Positions 1 through 9,502 of a stretch of 48,748 bases of DNA are shown one piece after another (the first letter of the stretch is position 1; each line of letters starts with the position of its first letter). This stretch comes from an uncultured Campylobacterales bacterium. GTDB taxonomy: Bacteria; Campylobacterota; Campylobacteria; Campylobacterales; QNZT01. The notes under the pieces are model-generated. The model was not told where the DNA came from, searched no databases, and saw only the letters and a list, made by a program, of their open reading frames with translations. Both the position numbers and the translations under genes were made by a program. Where the stretch lies: NCBI GenBank assembly GCA_964622255.1, contig CAZUPK010000050.1, positions 1 to 48,748 on the forward strand, given 5' to 3'.

Positions 1-30
1 CGGTATTCTAACCAACTAAACTACCGCCGC
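1..30 (-). tRNA. tRNA-Asp, 5' part only (cut by window edge before the anticodon)
   Basis: Reverse complement GCGGCGGTAGTTTAGTTGGTTAGAATACCG matches the typical bacterial tRNA-Asp acceptor/D-arm; anticodon not visible. Confidence 0.6.
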
Positions 31-43
31 ACATCTTGAAAAA

Positions 44-119
44 TGGTGGTCGCTACAAGACTCGAACTTGTGACATCCACCTTGTAAGGGTGGCGCTCTA
101 CCAACTGAGCTAAGCGACC
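44..119 (-). tRNA. tRNA-Val(TAC)
   Basis: 76 nt cloverleaf GGTCGCTTAGCTCAGTTGGTAGAGCG...anticodon loop CTTACAA...GTTCGAGTC...ACCA with encoded CCA. Confidence 0.97.
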
Positions 120-188
120 TCTGATACCTGAAAACTGCAAGCCTTTACTTACTTGCCAAGTGACCACTTCCCAAAACAAAAAACAAGA

Positions 189-263
189 TGGTGATCCCAA
201 GGGGATTTGAACCCCTGTCGCCGCCGTGAAAGGGCGATGTCCTAACCACTAGACGATGGGACC
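189..263 (-). tRNA. tRNA-Glu(TTC)
   Basis: 75 nt GGTCCCATCGTCTAGTGGTTAGGACA...loop CTTTCAC...GGTTCAAATCC...ACCA. Confidence 0.97.
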
Positions 264-279
264 AACAATCTTAAACAAA

Positions 280-355
280 TGGTGACCCGTGTTGGATTCG
301 AACCAACGGCCACCTCCTTAAAAGGGAGATGCTCTACCAACTGAGCTAACGGGTC
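280..355 (-). tRNA. tRNA-Lys(TTT)
   Basis: 76 nt GACCCGTTAGCTCAGTTGGTAGAGCA...loop CTTTTAA...GGTTCGAATCC...ACCA. Confidence 0.97.
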
Positions 356-385
356 CTGCCTTTTGCACTTGACAAGTGAGTCGAA

Positions 386-414
386 ATTATATAAAAAAAA
401 ATCTTACTTGTCAA
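386..414 (-). promoter_or_regulatory. Sigma70 promoter of the tRNA Lys-Glu-Val-Asp operon
   Basis: Minus strand TTGACA (414-409), 17 bp spacer, TATAAT (391-386), ~30 bp upstream of tRNA-Lys. Confidence 0.9.
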
Positions 415-433
415 GCTTTTTTTGAAAAAATTT

Positions 434-895
434 TCAAATTATTTTTTCTACTATCTCAAAAGCCCTATTTTTCGTCTTTTCTTGAATCTCATTTCTATCT
501 CCATCAAAGATATTTTTCTCTATAAAAAGTTTATCTTTATATTTTACTCCTATATAAACTAAACCGACTGGTTTCTCTTTTGTCCCTCCTGTTGGTCCTG
601 CTATCCCACTTATAGCAACAGATATATCAGCTCCCATTAGCTCCATTACTCCATCAAGCATCTCTTTAACACACTCCCTACTTACCGCACCAAAGTTTTT
701 TAGTGTGGATTTATGAACATTTAAAACTTTTTGCTTTATCTCATTTGAATAACTAACTACACTTCCAGGATATATAGACGAAACTCCTGCATACTTTGTT
801 ATCTCTGATGCCACCCTACCTCCTGTGCAACTCTCCGCTGTAGTTATGGAAATATTTTTATCTATCAACTCTTTTATAATCTGTTCACTATTCAT
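434..895 (-). CDS. cinA: CinA C-terminal domain protein (nicotinamide-nucleotide amidohydrolase, PncC-like)
   Basis: TAESCTGG motif, SGIAGPTGG..KPVGLVYIG; SD AGGAGG before ATG. Confidence 0.9.
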   Translation of the reverse strand: MNSEQIIKELIDKNISITTAESCTGGRVASEITKYAGVSSIYPGSVVSYSNEIKQKVLNVHKSTLKNFGAVSRECVKEMLDGVMELMGADISVAISGIAGPTGGTKEKPVGLVYIGVKYKDKLFIEKNIFDGDRNEIQEKTKNRAFEIVEKII

Positions 896-901
896 ATAAC
901 C

Positions 902-930
902 TCCTAATTCCTACTTCTTACTTCCTACTT
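902..930. repeat. Short degenerate TTCCTAC heptamer array in the cinA/ileS divergent spacer
   Basis: Minus strand aagtagg-aagtaag-aagtagg-aattagg directly before the cinA SD. Confidence 0.7.
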
Positions 931-995
931 ATTTTGTTATTTTAACCATATTTCGATAAAATCGCGAAAATTTTAAAGTTTGGAGCAAATGCAAA

Positions 996-3740
996 ATGGA
1001 TTATAAAGATAGTTTACTACTTCCAAAAACCAACTTTCCTATGAGAGGAAATCTTCCGCAAAATGAGCCTAAAAGATACAAAGAGTGGTTTGAGAAAAAA
1101 GATGTATATAAGAAGATGGTATCAAAAAGAAAAAATTCAAAACAAAGTTTTACTCTTCACGATGGACCACCCTATGCAAACGGACATATACATATAGGAC
1201 ATGCATTAAATAAAATCTTAAAAGATATAGTTGTTAAGTCAAAGTATTTTCAAGGACAATCTATAAGATTTACTCCGGGATGGGATTGTCATGGACTCCC
1301 TATTGAACAACAAGTTGAAAAAAAGTTAGGAACTGGAAAAAAAGAGCAGTTAGAAAAGACAAAGATAAGAGAGCTTTGTCGTGAACATGCATCTAAGTTT
1401 GTAAAGGTTCAAAGTGATGAGTTTAAATCTTTAGGAGTAGTAGCAGATTGGGAAAATCCTTATCTAACTATGAAGTTTGCTTTTGAAGCTGATATCTATA
1501 AAACACTTTGTGATATAGCTAAAAAAGGACTATTGGTTGAAAGAAGTAAACCTGTTTACTGGTCGTGGGCTGCAAAAACTGCTTTAGCTGAAGCTGAAGT
1601 TGAGTATGAGGATAAAGAGGACTTTTCCATATATGTAGCATTTGAACTTGACAGTGATGCAAAAGAGGCTTTAGGAGAGGATGCAAAAGTAGTTATTTGG
1701 ACTACGACTCCTTGGACACTTCCTGCAAATATGGGTATAAGTTTTAACCCTCAAGAGGAGTATGTAAAGACAAGTGATGGTTATATAGTTGCAAAAGCAT
1801 TGCATTATTCTTTGGTAAAAGATGAGGTTATAAAAGGAAAAATAGTTAAAACTTTTAAAGCATCTATCTTAGAAAATACTTATGCGATAAACCCTTTAAA
1901 TGGTAGAAAATCTCTTTTGATGCTAGGAGAGCATGTAACTATGGATGGTGGAACAGGTTGTGTTCACACTGCTCCAGGACATGGAGAGGATGACTACAAA
2001 GTTGGACTAAAGTATGGTTTAGAAGTTATTATGCCTGTTGATGATAGTGGTTTATATGATGAAACTGTTGTTAGAGAAGGACTTCTTCCAAATCCGGATA
2101 AATTTGTTGGGGAGCATATTTTTAGAGCAAATGAAAAGATTTTAGAACTTTTAGGAGATGCTTTACTTCACTCATCAAAGTTAAAACACTCGTATCCATT
2201 TTGTTGGAGAACTCATAAACCAGTTATCTATAGAGCTACAAAGCAATGGTTTATAGTGATGGATGATGAAAACTGCTTAAGAAAAAAGGCTTTAGATGAG
2301 TTAAACTCAGTTAGATTTTATCCGGAAGTTGGAAAAAATCGTATTGTTTCGATGATAGAAAACAGACCTGACTGGTGTATCTCAAGACAAAGAGATTGGG
2401 GTGTGCCTATCGCATTTTTTAGAGATAAGACAACTAAAGAGGTTATCTTTGATGAAGATGTTCTTGATAATTTGGTAGAGATATTTAAAAAAGAAGGAGC
2501 TGATGCTTGGTGGGCAAAAGAGATAAAAGAATTGCTTCCAACAAATTCAAAATATAACCCGGACAACTTAGAAAAAGTTATGGATATACTTGATGTTTGG
2601 TTTGATAGCGGTTCAACTTGGAATGCCGTTTTACAAAACGAAGATGAGTATGATGCAGGAGATTATCCAGCAAATCTATATTTAGAGGGAAGTGATCAGC
2701 ACCGTGGTTGGTTTCAAAGTTCACTACTTATAAGCACAGCGGTAAATGAACACTCTCCATATAAAAAGATCTTAACTCACGGTTTTACTGTTGATAGTAA
2801 AGGTGAAAAGATGAGTAAATCTAAAGGAAATGTTATAGCACCACTAAAAGTTTCTAAAAAGTATGGAACTGAGATAGTTAGACTTTGGGTTGCTATGAGT
2901 GATTATAAAAATGACTTAAAAATCAGTGATGATATACTAAAACAGATATCAGAGCAGTATAGAAAGATAAGAAATACTTTAAGATTTTTATTAGCAAATG
3001 TTTCAGACTTAGAAAAAATAGTTGAAGTTGAAAAGATGGGTGAAATAGATAGATGGATACTAAGTAAAGCTGGTAATGTTTTTGAAGAGATTATAAAGGA
3101 TTTTAACGATTTTGAGTTTCAAAAAGGGCTGTCAAAACTAAACTACTTCATCACAGTTGAATTAAGTGGAATCCATATGGATATATCAAAAGATAGACTC
3201 TATTGTAACAAACAAAATGATATGAAAAGAAGATCAGCTCAAAGTGCTATGGCTTTGATAACAAGAGGACTTTTGGCCCTTTTAGCTCCTGTTTTAACCT
3301 ACACAGTTGATGAAGTGCTTGAGTATGCTCCAAAAGTTATAAAAGGGGAGGGTGAAGATGTTTTTGATATCGTATATACTCCACTTCAAAAGGTAGAGAG
3401 TAGTTTTGATGAAAAGTATATGATAGAAGCTAGAGAGAAGTTTTTTGAAAAAGTTGATAGCTTGAAAAAAGATAAAATCATAAAAACAACACTTGAACTT
3501 GTTCTTCAAACAACTTCAAAAAGAGTTCACTCACTTGATTCACAAGACAAAGAAGATTGGTTTGTGGTAAGTAAAGTTATCCACCACGATGAAGATGGAG
3601 AGCTTGGAGTTTTTGAAGTTGGTGGAGATAGTTTTAAAATCCTAAAAGCATCAAGGGCTAAGTGTCCTAGATGTTGGAAACAAAGAAGCAAAGATGAAGA
3701 TTCACTTTGTAAAAGATGTCAAGAAGTTATAGATGGTTGA
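996..3740 (+). CDS. ileS: Isoleucine--tRNA ligase (type 1)
   Basis: HIGH (GHIHIGH) and KMSKS motifs, [17 protein letters not shown]-terminal CPRC...C..C zinc finger. Confidence 0.99.
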   Translation: MDYKDSLLLPKTNFPMRGNLPQNEPKRYKEWFEKKDVYKKMVSKRKNSKQSFTLHDGPPYANGHIHIGHALNKILKDIVVKSKYFQGQSIRFTPGWDCHGLPIEQQVEKKLGTGKKEQLEKTKIRELCREHASKFVKVQSDEFKSLGVVADWENPYLTMKFAFEADIYKTLCDIAKKGLLVERSKPVYWSWAAKTALAEAEVEYEDKEDFSIYVAFELDSDAKEALGEDAKVVIWTTTPWTLPANMGISFNPQEEYVKTSDGYIVAKALHYSLVKDEVIKGKIVKTFKASILENTYAINPLNGRKSLLMLGEHVTMDGGTGCVHTAPGHGEDDYKVGLKYGLEVIMPVDDSGLYDETVVREGLLPNPDKFVGEHIFRANEKILELLGDALLHSSKLKHSYPFCWRTHKPVIYRATKQWFIVMDDENCLRKKALDELNSVRFYPEVGKNRIVSMIENRPDWCISRQRDWGVPIAFFRDKTTKEVIFDEDVLDNLVEIFKKEGADAWWAKEIKELLPTNSKYNPDNLEKVMDILDVWFDSGSTWNAVLQNEDEYDAGDYPANLYLEGSDQHRGWFQSSLLISTAVNEHSPYKKILTHGFTVDSKGEKMSKSKGNVIAPLKVSKKYGTEIVRLWVAMSDYKNDLKISDDILKQISEQYRKIRNTLRFLLANVSDLEKIVEVEKMGEIDRWILSKAGNVFEEIIKDFNDFEFQKGLSKLNYFITVELSGIHMDISKDRLYCNKQNDMKRRSAQSAMALITRGLLALLAPVLTYTVDEVLEYAPKVIKGEGEDVFDIVYTPLQKVESSFDEKYMIEAREKFFEKVDSLKKDKIIKTTLELVLQTTSKRVHSLDSQDKEDWFVVSKVIHHDEDGELGVFEVGGDSFKILKASRAKCPRCWKQRSKDEDSLCKRCQEVIDG

Positions 3741-3843
3741 TTTTAGTAAACCTGTAGAACTTGAGTTTGTATTTGAAACGATAGCAGTGATTTTAGTTTT
3801 CACTGCCATCTTTATTATTTTGGTAAAGAAAAAGGCAACTTAG
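3733..3843 (+). CDS. 36-aa single-TM small protein ([36 protein letters not shown]), below ORF-track cutoff
   Basis: ATG overlaps the ileS 3' end by 8 nt; hydrophobic helix followed by KKK (positive-inside); a small membrane gene follows ileS in C. jejuni (recalled). Confidence 0.7.
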   Translation: MVDFSKPVELEFVFETIAVILVFTAIFIILVKKKAT

Positions 3844-4161
3844 TATAAAAAGCCATAAAGGTATTTTATTTTTCCTGACTATTTGACTATTTTTATTGCA
3901 TCATTTGCAACCAAATAGATACTGTGAACTATCCGATAATGTTAAGTTTTGTTCGCAATCTCTTTTTCTCCTCAAGTTGGTTTTATACCATTTATTTCCT
4001 ACTTTATATCTCACTTTCCTAAACCAAGAATGATAAAGGATAAATCAAATGTAAACTATATCAATCTGCTTGGTATTATTTTATTTTTTGAAATTTTTAG
4101 ATTTCAAAAGAGTTTTCAGATGAAATTGCGAACATTGTTATCCTGTATCCATTCTCTGATA

Positions 4162-5652
4162 CTATTTTGTAGTTTCTAGATTTATAACTATACTTTCTTT
4201 ATCTATCTTATTTTTTTTACCCTTATATATATTTGCCTCTAATCTTTCAAGTATTTTTTTTATCTTTTCATCTGTTGCAAATGGAAGAAGTATATCATAC
4301 AACTCTTTATCGCTTTTAGCTTTTCTTATCCTCTTTTGTAAAGGAGTTGGCTCTTTTTTTGTTAGTCTTAGTTTAAAAGATGCAAATGTTAATAAACTTC
4401 CTAAGATAACTCCCACTACCAAGTAGATATATTTTATATAACTATCTTCTTTTTCTATAACTATTTTTTCCTTTTCCTTTCTAACTGGGGTTTTTGTAGC
4501 TGTTACTATCTTTGGAGTTTTGCCTACTTTTGCTTCACCTTTTACCTTTATGGAGATTGGTTTTGTTTTTTTAGTTATAACTTTATTTTTTGTCTTATCA
4601 AAATATTTAAACTCTATAGATGGGATGGTGTAGTTTTTGTCTGCTATGATTGCTATTTTTTGCAAAAACTCTCCATAAGTTTTACCATTTTTAACATAGC
4701 TTTTGGTTTTTGGATCATCTGAGTAAATAACAGCTTCAGGGATATTTAGCGAAAACTTTTTTATATCTTCGACATTTCCCTCTCCAAGGATTTTTATGGT
4801 TAGATTTACCGGTTTGTTTGCTTCAACCTCTTTCTTATCAACTGAGGTAAATATCTCAAACTCTCCAAAAACTTCTACATTTTGAGGAAGAGGATCGACC
4901 TTAAAGCTTAGCGAGTTTGAAAAAAGTTTTTTATACTTCATAGTTTGAAAAAATTGATCAAAAAATGGGTCGTTAAAGCCTCCTATCCTATCTTGAGTTA
5001 GTATTCCTATATTTGCTTGAACCGGATCTATGATAAAATTTCCAGCTTTTTGAGGGGTTATTTGATACTCATAAACATAAACTTCATATTCTCCATCTAT
5101 ATAGTGGTTATAATCTCCTAGTTTTTTTATCCAAAAGTTTGAGTTTTTAAACTCTCCTATGAGTATTTTATCTGCCCTAACTTCTGCTTTTTTCTTTAAT
5201 ATCAGTTTTAAAGTGGTGCTTTCTCCCACTTTTAAGTGAGTTTTATTAGCTTTTAACTCAAAGATAAAATCTCCACCCTTTTTTACTTTTTGACTTGGCT
5301 TTAAGAGTTTTACCTCTTTTTTAGGTGTCCATTCCTCTTTACCATCCACTATAACCCTCATAGGCTCTATGGTAAAGCTTTTTTGAGGATATATGGTGTA
5401 GGTTTTACTTTTTGTATGAGATACTTTAGAGTTTATGATGGTGGTTTGAGAGGAGTTTGCAACTCCTACTATGTTATATCCTCCTATCGAGCTTATATTT
5501 GGAAACTCTATCTTATCTCCTGTTGCTTCTATGGTTATATTTACACTATCAGTTTTATAAAAGCCTAACTTATCAACTTTTAAAGCCACTTTTGCAAATA
5601 GTGTTGATGTAGTTATGATTAAAATAATAAAGTTACCAAGGATTTTCTTCAT
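4162..5652 (-). CDS. BatD-like (oxygen tolerance) exported protein, last gene of MoxR/vWA operon
   Basis: Signal peptide, repeated beta-rich BatD-type modules, C-terminal TM anchor, operon context. Confidence 0.8.
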   Translation of the reverse strand: MKKILGNFIILIITTSTLFAKVALKVDKLGFYKTDSVNITIEATGDKIEFPNISSIGGYNIVGVANSSQTTIINSKVSHTKSKTYTIYPQKSFTIEPMRVIVDGKEEWTPKKEVKLLKPSQKVKKGGDFIFELKANKTHLKVGESTTLKLILKKKAEVRADKILIGEFKNSNFWIKKLGDYNHYIDGEYEVYVYEYQITPQKAGNFIIDPVQANIGILTQDRIGGFNDPFFDQFFQTMKYKKLFSNSLSFKVDPLPQNVEVFGEFEIFTSVDKKEVEANKPVNLTIKILGEGNVEDIKKFSLNIPEAVIYSDDPKTKSYVKNGKTYGEFLQKIAIIADKNYTIPSIEFKYFDKTKNKVITKKTKPISIKVKGEAKVGKTPKIVTATKTPVRKEKEKIVIEKEDSYIKYIYLVVGVILGSLLTFASFKLRLTKKEPTPLQKRIRKAKSDKELYDILLPFATDEKIKKILERLEANIYKGKKNKIDKESIVINLETTK

Positions 5653-6388
5653 AATGTTTCTCTCCTTTTTTGTCTAATGGTAAAAGTAGGGTATTTATCC
5701 CCTTTTTGTTAAGCATTTTGATATATTTTGCCTCTTGCATATCGCTCAACTCTTTTTGTTTTCTTTTTTGAGCATTTTTGTTTTGTTTAGAGTTTTTGTT
5801 TTGCTTTATTTTATCTTTGTTTTCATCTTTTTTATCTTTACTTTTTTGTTTATCTTTACTCTTTTGTTTATCTTTAGAGTTTTTATTTTTAGAGTTTTTA
5901 GAGTTTTTAGAGTTTTGGTTTTTGTTGTCTTTTTTTCTATTTTTATTTTTTTGTTGATTTTGCTTTTTATCTTGTTTCTTGTTTTGTTTATTTTTATTTT
6001 GCTTTTTTTTCTTCTTTTTCAAAAGCTCTAAGTTATACCTTGTATCTTTATCCTCTTTTATCTTTAGAGCCTCTTCATATGCCTTTATAGCATCATCTAT
6101 CTTTCCACTTTGTGCATAAGAGTTTCCAAGATTATGTAAAGCTTTAAACTTTAAAGAGCCTTTATCTATCTGTTTATATAGTTTTATAGCTTCATCATAC
6201 TTTTTAGCTTTATAGTAACTGTTAGCTAAGTTATACTTTGCTTCTAAAGAGTCTAACTTTTTATATTCATTTATAGCTTTATCATACTTTTTAGCTTTAT
6301 AAAACTTATCAGCCTCTTTTATATGCCAAAAGTCTAAGATACCAGCTTGTAAAAAAAGTGGCAAAAATAAAAAAACAACTTTTTTCAT
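5633..6388 (-). CDS. TPR protein with K/Q/N-rich low-complexity linker (BatC/BatB C-terminal-like)
   Basis: YNLANSYYK / HNLGNSYAQ TPR motifs, then KQNKNKQ... tract. Confidence 0.85.
   Translation of the reverse strand: MKKVVFLFLPLFLQAGILDFWHIKEADKFYKAKKYDKAINEYKKLDSLEAKYNLANSYYKAKKYDEAIKLYKQIDKGSLKFKALHNLGNSYAQSGKIDDAIKAYEEALKIKEDKDTRYNLELLKKKKKKQNKNKQNKKQDKKQNQQKNKNRKKDNKNQNSKNSKNSKNKNSKDKQKSKDKQKSKDKKDENKDKIKQNKNSKQNKNAQKRKQKELSDMQEAKYIKMLNKKGINTLLLPLDKKGEKHYEENPW
5755..6020 (-). repeat. Coding low-complexity tract with 9-nt (KNS) and 18-nt (KDKQKS) repeat units
   Basis: + strand tttttagag x2-3 near 5876-5912 and tctttact(c/t)ttttgttta repeated near 5835-5875. Confidence 0.7.
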
Positions 6389-7350
6389 AACTTGCTCCTT
6401 TGTAAACTAAAAGAGGATAAAAAGAAAGATAGGATTGAAAAAAGCAGTGGTAACCAAAAAAGTTCAAGGTTGTTTTTTATAGTTTTTATATTATTTTTTG
6501 ACTCACTCTCAAAGCTTTTTCTTATAACATCCACCAATTCTTTTATGTCATTGTTTTTTAGTGAATATTTTAGATATGCACCATTACTTTTTAGTGCCAA
6601 CTCTTTTATATTTTCATTTAGTTTTACTATAACTATATCTCCTTTTTTATCTTTTAAAATGCCACTATTAGTTTTTATAACTCCACCTTTTTTAGTTCCA
6701 ATGGCATAGATAAAAACTTTTATATGGTGTTTTTTCGCATACTCTATATCATCCTTATAACTCTTTTTATCTCCTCCGTCAGTAAAGATTAAAACTGCTT
6801 TGTTAGCATCTTTGTTTGAAAAGAGATTGTTTGCGCTTCTTAAAAACTCTCCTATATCGGTTCCTTTTAGCAAGATATAGTTTGTTTGCATATTTTTCAC
6901 TAAAAACTTCAAACTTTCATAATCATCAGTAGGAGGAGCTATCAAAAAGGCTCTTGAACTAAAGCCAAGTATTGCAACCTTTTCATCCTTTAAATCTTCC
7001 AAAAAGTTATAAAACTTTTGCTTTGCAAAGCTTAATCGGTTAGGGTAAACATCATTGCATTGCATAGAGTTTGATATATCAAAACCCACTACTATCTCAT
7101 AACTTTTGGTATTTACCTTTATCTCTTGTCCCTTTATATATGGTCTTGATAGGGATAAAAAGGCAAAAGTTATGCTTAAGACTAAAAATATCTGTTTTAT
7201 ACTTGATAATTTTTTTAATCCTTTTGGTGCTATACGAGCTAAAACTCTTTTTGAAAACCTTTTTTCATCAAAGTTATACTTTTTTATAAAATAAATAAGC
7301 AAAAGTGATAGAGGAACAAAAACTAAAACTATCGGATATAAAAAACTCAT
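6385..7350 (-). CDS. vWA domain membrane protein (BatB-like)
   Basis: MIDAS DISNS, later TDG, N- and C-terminal TM segments. Confidence 0.9.
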   Translation of the reverse strand: MSFLYPIVLVFVPLSLLLIYFIKKYNFDEKRFSKRVLARIAPKGLKKLSSIKQIFLVLSITFAFLSLSRPYIKGQEIKVNTKSYEIVVGFDISNSMQCNDVYPNRLSFAKQKFYNFLEDLKDEKVAILGFSSRAFLIAPPTDDYESLKFLVKNMQTNYILLKGTDIGEFLRSANNLFSNKDANKAVLIFTDGGDKKSYKDDIEYAKKHHIKVFIYAIGTKKGGVIKTNSGILKDKKGDIVIVKLNENIKELALKSNGAYLKYSLKNNDIKELVDVIRKSFESESKNNIKTIKNNLELFWLPLLFSILSFFLSSFSLQRSKL

Positions 7351-8228
7351 CTTCTATTCCTTATATAAAATATAACAAGCAATAAAAGGATGGCAAAACT
7401 TAGCGGATAGCCAAAATAGTAGCTTTTATTGAGATATTTATCAGTTTTTATCTCACTCTTTTCAAGGCGATTTATAGTTTCATAAACCTCTTTTAGTTTT
7501 GCTACACTATTGGCTTCAAAAAACTCTCCTCCGGTTTTTTGGGCTATCTCTTTTAAAACATATGGATTATAATCCCCTCTACCGCCTATACCTATGGTAT
7601 AGACTTTAACATCATATTTTCTTGCTCTTTTTATCGCTATATCGAGTGGTATTGTGTTTGCATTGTCCATACCGTCTGTTAAAAGTATGGCTATCTTGTT
7701 TTTTGCTTTAGAGTTTTTAAAAATATTTGTGCTTAAAAACAGGGCTTCATATAAAGCGGTTCTACTTCTTCCTGCTATTCCTACTTCAAGTCTGTTTAAA
7801 AGTTTTGAAACTGCCTTTTTATCATATGTCAAAGGAACTGCCACATAAGCAAAGTCGGCAAATATACTCAAAGCTACTTTATCATAAGTTCTCTTTTTTA
7901 AAAAGTCATTTACTATATCTCTTACTATATCAAACTTACCGTTTTCACTCATTGAGCCACTTACATCAAGTATAAGAGATATTTCATAACCTTTGTTGTT
8001 ATTTATAATCATTTCATCTTTTTTTATAGGTGATGCAAGTGCTATTGATAAAAGTGTTATGGCAAGGATTTGAGCTATTTTAAAAAGCATACTATCCTTT
8101 TTTGAAGCCTTTTTTAAAAAGTTTGTTCCGCTAAAAAATATTGAGTCTAACTTCGGTTTGCACTTTATTTGACATATCATATAAAAAAGAGGTAGTAAAA
8201 GAGCTAATGGATATTCAAAACTAATCAT
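7347..8228 (-). CDS. vWA domain membrane protein (BatA-like)
   Basis: MIDAS DVSGS, LLTDG, VYTIGIG, N-terminal FEYP..LLLL BatA-type TM. Confidence 0.9.
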   Translation of the reverse strand: MISFEYPLALLLPLFYMICQIKCKPKLDSIFFSGTNFLKKASKKDSMLFKIAQILAITLLSIALASPIKKDEMIINNNKGYEISLILDVSGSMSENGKFDIVRDIVNDFLKKRTYDKVALSIFADFAYVAVPLTYDKKAVSKLLNRLEVGIAGRSRTALYEALFLSTNIFKNSKAKNKIAILLTDGMDNANTIPLDIAIKRARKYDVKVYTIGIGGRGDYNPYVLKEIAQKTGGEFFEANSVAKLKEVYETINRLEKSEIKTDKYLNKSYYFGYPLSFAILLLLVIFYIRNRR

Positions 8229-8602
8229 AATAACTCCCTTATAAACTCTTTTATGCTACTTTTTAACTCTTTTGGCATCGCTGGAGTATCCTTTTTATAC
8301 TTATATGGTTCGAGCTTTTTAACTATTTCTTCATACTTATCTTTGTTTTTGTCATCTAAAAAGAGATATGCATTGGTTGTAAACTTATAAGCAACCTCTT
8401 TATCATTATCAAAATCAAGTGCTTTTAACTCTTTTAGTTTTATCTCTTTTAAGGTAGGTTTTTCCCTTCTCTTTGGCTTTTTAAAAAAAAGATATAACAG
8501 TGTCCCTGTGATAAGTAGAACAAATATAAAAGACAAAAGAATAACAAGTGAGTTATTGGGTATGATGACATTTGGTTTTATATCTTTTAGTTTTTCTATC
8601 AT
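8225..8602 (-). CDS. Small single-TM protein of MoxR operon (DUF4381-like position)
   Basis: LKDIKP start, TM helix, 4-nt overlaps with both neighbours. Confidence 0.7.
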   Translation of the reverse strand: MIEKLKDIKPNVIIPNNSLVILLSFIFVLLITGTLLYLFFKKPKRREKPTLKEIKLKELKALDFDNDKEVAYKFTTNAYLFLDDKNKDKYEEIVKKLEPYKYKKDTPAMPKELKSSIKEFIRELL

Positions 8603-9426
8603 CTAAAAAGCTCCGTTAGTTTTATATAGATATCATCGTCTGTTTTTATCTTTTTAAGATCCATCTTTTTTCTTAGAAACTCCTCTTTTAAAGCTGTGTT
8701 ATGATAGTTTAACAGCTCTTTATATCTTTTTTTTGTATTGCTATTTATAAAAAACTCCTCACTTTTTAAAAAGTAGGGATCTTTAAAACTCATCTTTCCA
8801 TCAAACTCCAAAGATTCTTCCAACTCATCTCTTATTAGGACACAGTAGTATTGATGCTTTGGATTTAGTTTTGAAAAGTCTGGCAGGGTGAAAAAGTCTC
8901 CTACAAAAATGATGATTTTACCTTTTTTATATCTTTTGTTTAACTCTTTGACTAAACTTTCATAATCAACTCTATTTTTAAAAGTATCAAGAAAAAAAGC
9001 CTCTTTTACTATCTCATCTACTTGATTTATATCTTTTACGGGAGGAAAACTCTTTAAGAGTTTATCACTAAAAAAGATACTCTCACATCTATCTTTATTT
9101 TTATATGAACTAAAAAGAAGATATGCCAAAACTTCACTTGCCACATCCTGCTTTAGTCTCTTGCTTCCAAAGTTAAGTGATGCCGAAGCTAAAAAAACTA
9201 AAACTATATCCAACTGCTTATACTCATCATAACTATTTACCAAAATTTCACCACTTTTTGCTGTAGCTTTCCAGTTTATTCTCCTTACATCATCTCCCCA
9301 CTCATAAAGCTTTATATCTCTTAAATCTATCCCGTCTCCTTTTAATCTGGATAGATTTTCTCCGGTAAGATTTGAAAAAACAGCCTTCTTAGCCTTTAAA
9401 AGTATCTTTTTTAACTCACTATTCAT
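8599..9426 (-). CDS. DUF58 domain protein
   Basis: G.GIDLRDIKLYEWGDDVRRINWKATAK signature; follows the MoxR gene. Confidence 0.93.
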   Translation of the reverse strand: MNSELKKILLKAKKAVFSNLTGENLSRLKGDGIDLRDIKLYEWGDDVRRINWKATAKSGEILVNSYDEYKQLDIVLVFLASASLNFGSKRLKQDVASEVLAYLLFSSYKNKDRCESIFFSDKLLKSFPPVKDINQVDEIVKEAFFLDTFKNRVDYESLVKELNKRYKKGKIIIFVGDFFTLPDFSKLNPKHQYYCVLIRDELEESLEFDGKMSFKDPYFLKSEEFFINSNTKKRYKELLNYHNTALKEEFLRKKMDLKKIKTDDDIYIKLTELFR

Positions 9427-9429
9427 TAT

Positions 9430-9494
9430 TTCCTACTTCCTACTTCCTACTTCCTACTTCCTACTTCCTAACTCCTACTTCCCACTTCCTACTT
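9430..9494. repeat. Intergenic heptamer tandem repeat (TTCCTAC)n, ~9 copies
   Basis: Six near-perfect units followed by variants (ACTCCTAC, TTCCCAC) between moxR stop and DUF58 start. Confidence 0.95.
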
Positions 9495-9502
9495 ATTTTA
9501 TT

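Noticed and set aside
3949-4179. 76-aa + strand ORF
   Set aside because: No SD or motif, and overlaps the batD end; the minus-strand fragments explain the region better.
5735-6031. 98-aa F/L/I-rich + strand ORF that looks like a membrane protein
   Set aside because: Antisense shadow of the A-rich K/Q/N tract of the TPR gene.
9430-9494. Repeat array as CRISPR
   Set aside because: 7-bp units without spacers; no cas genes. No CRISPR array was found anywhere in the window.
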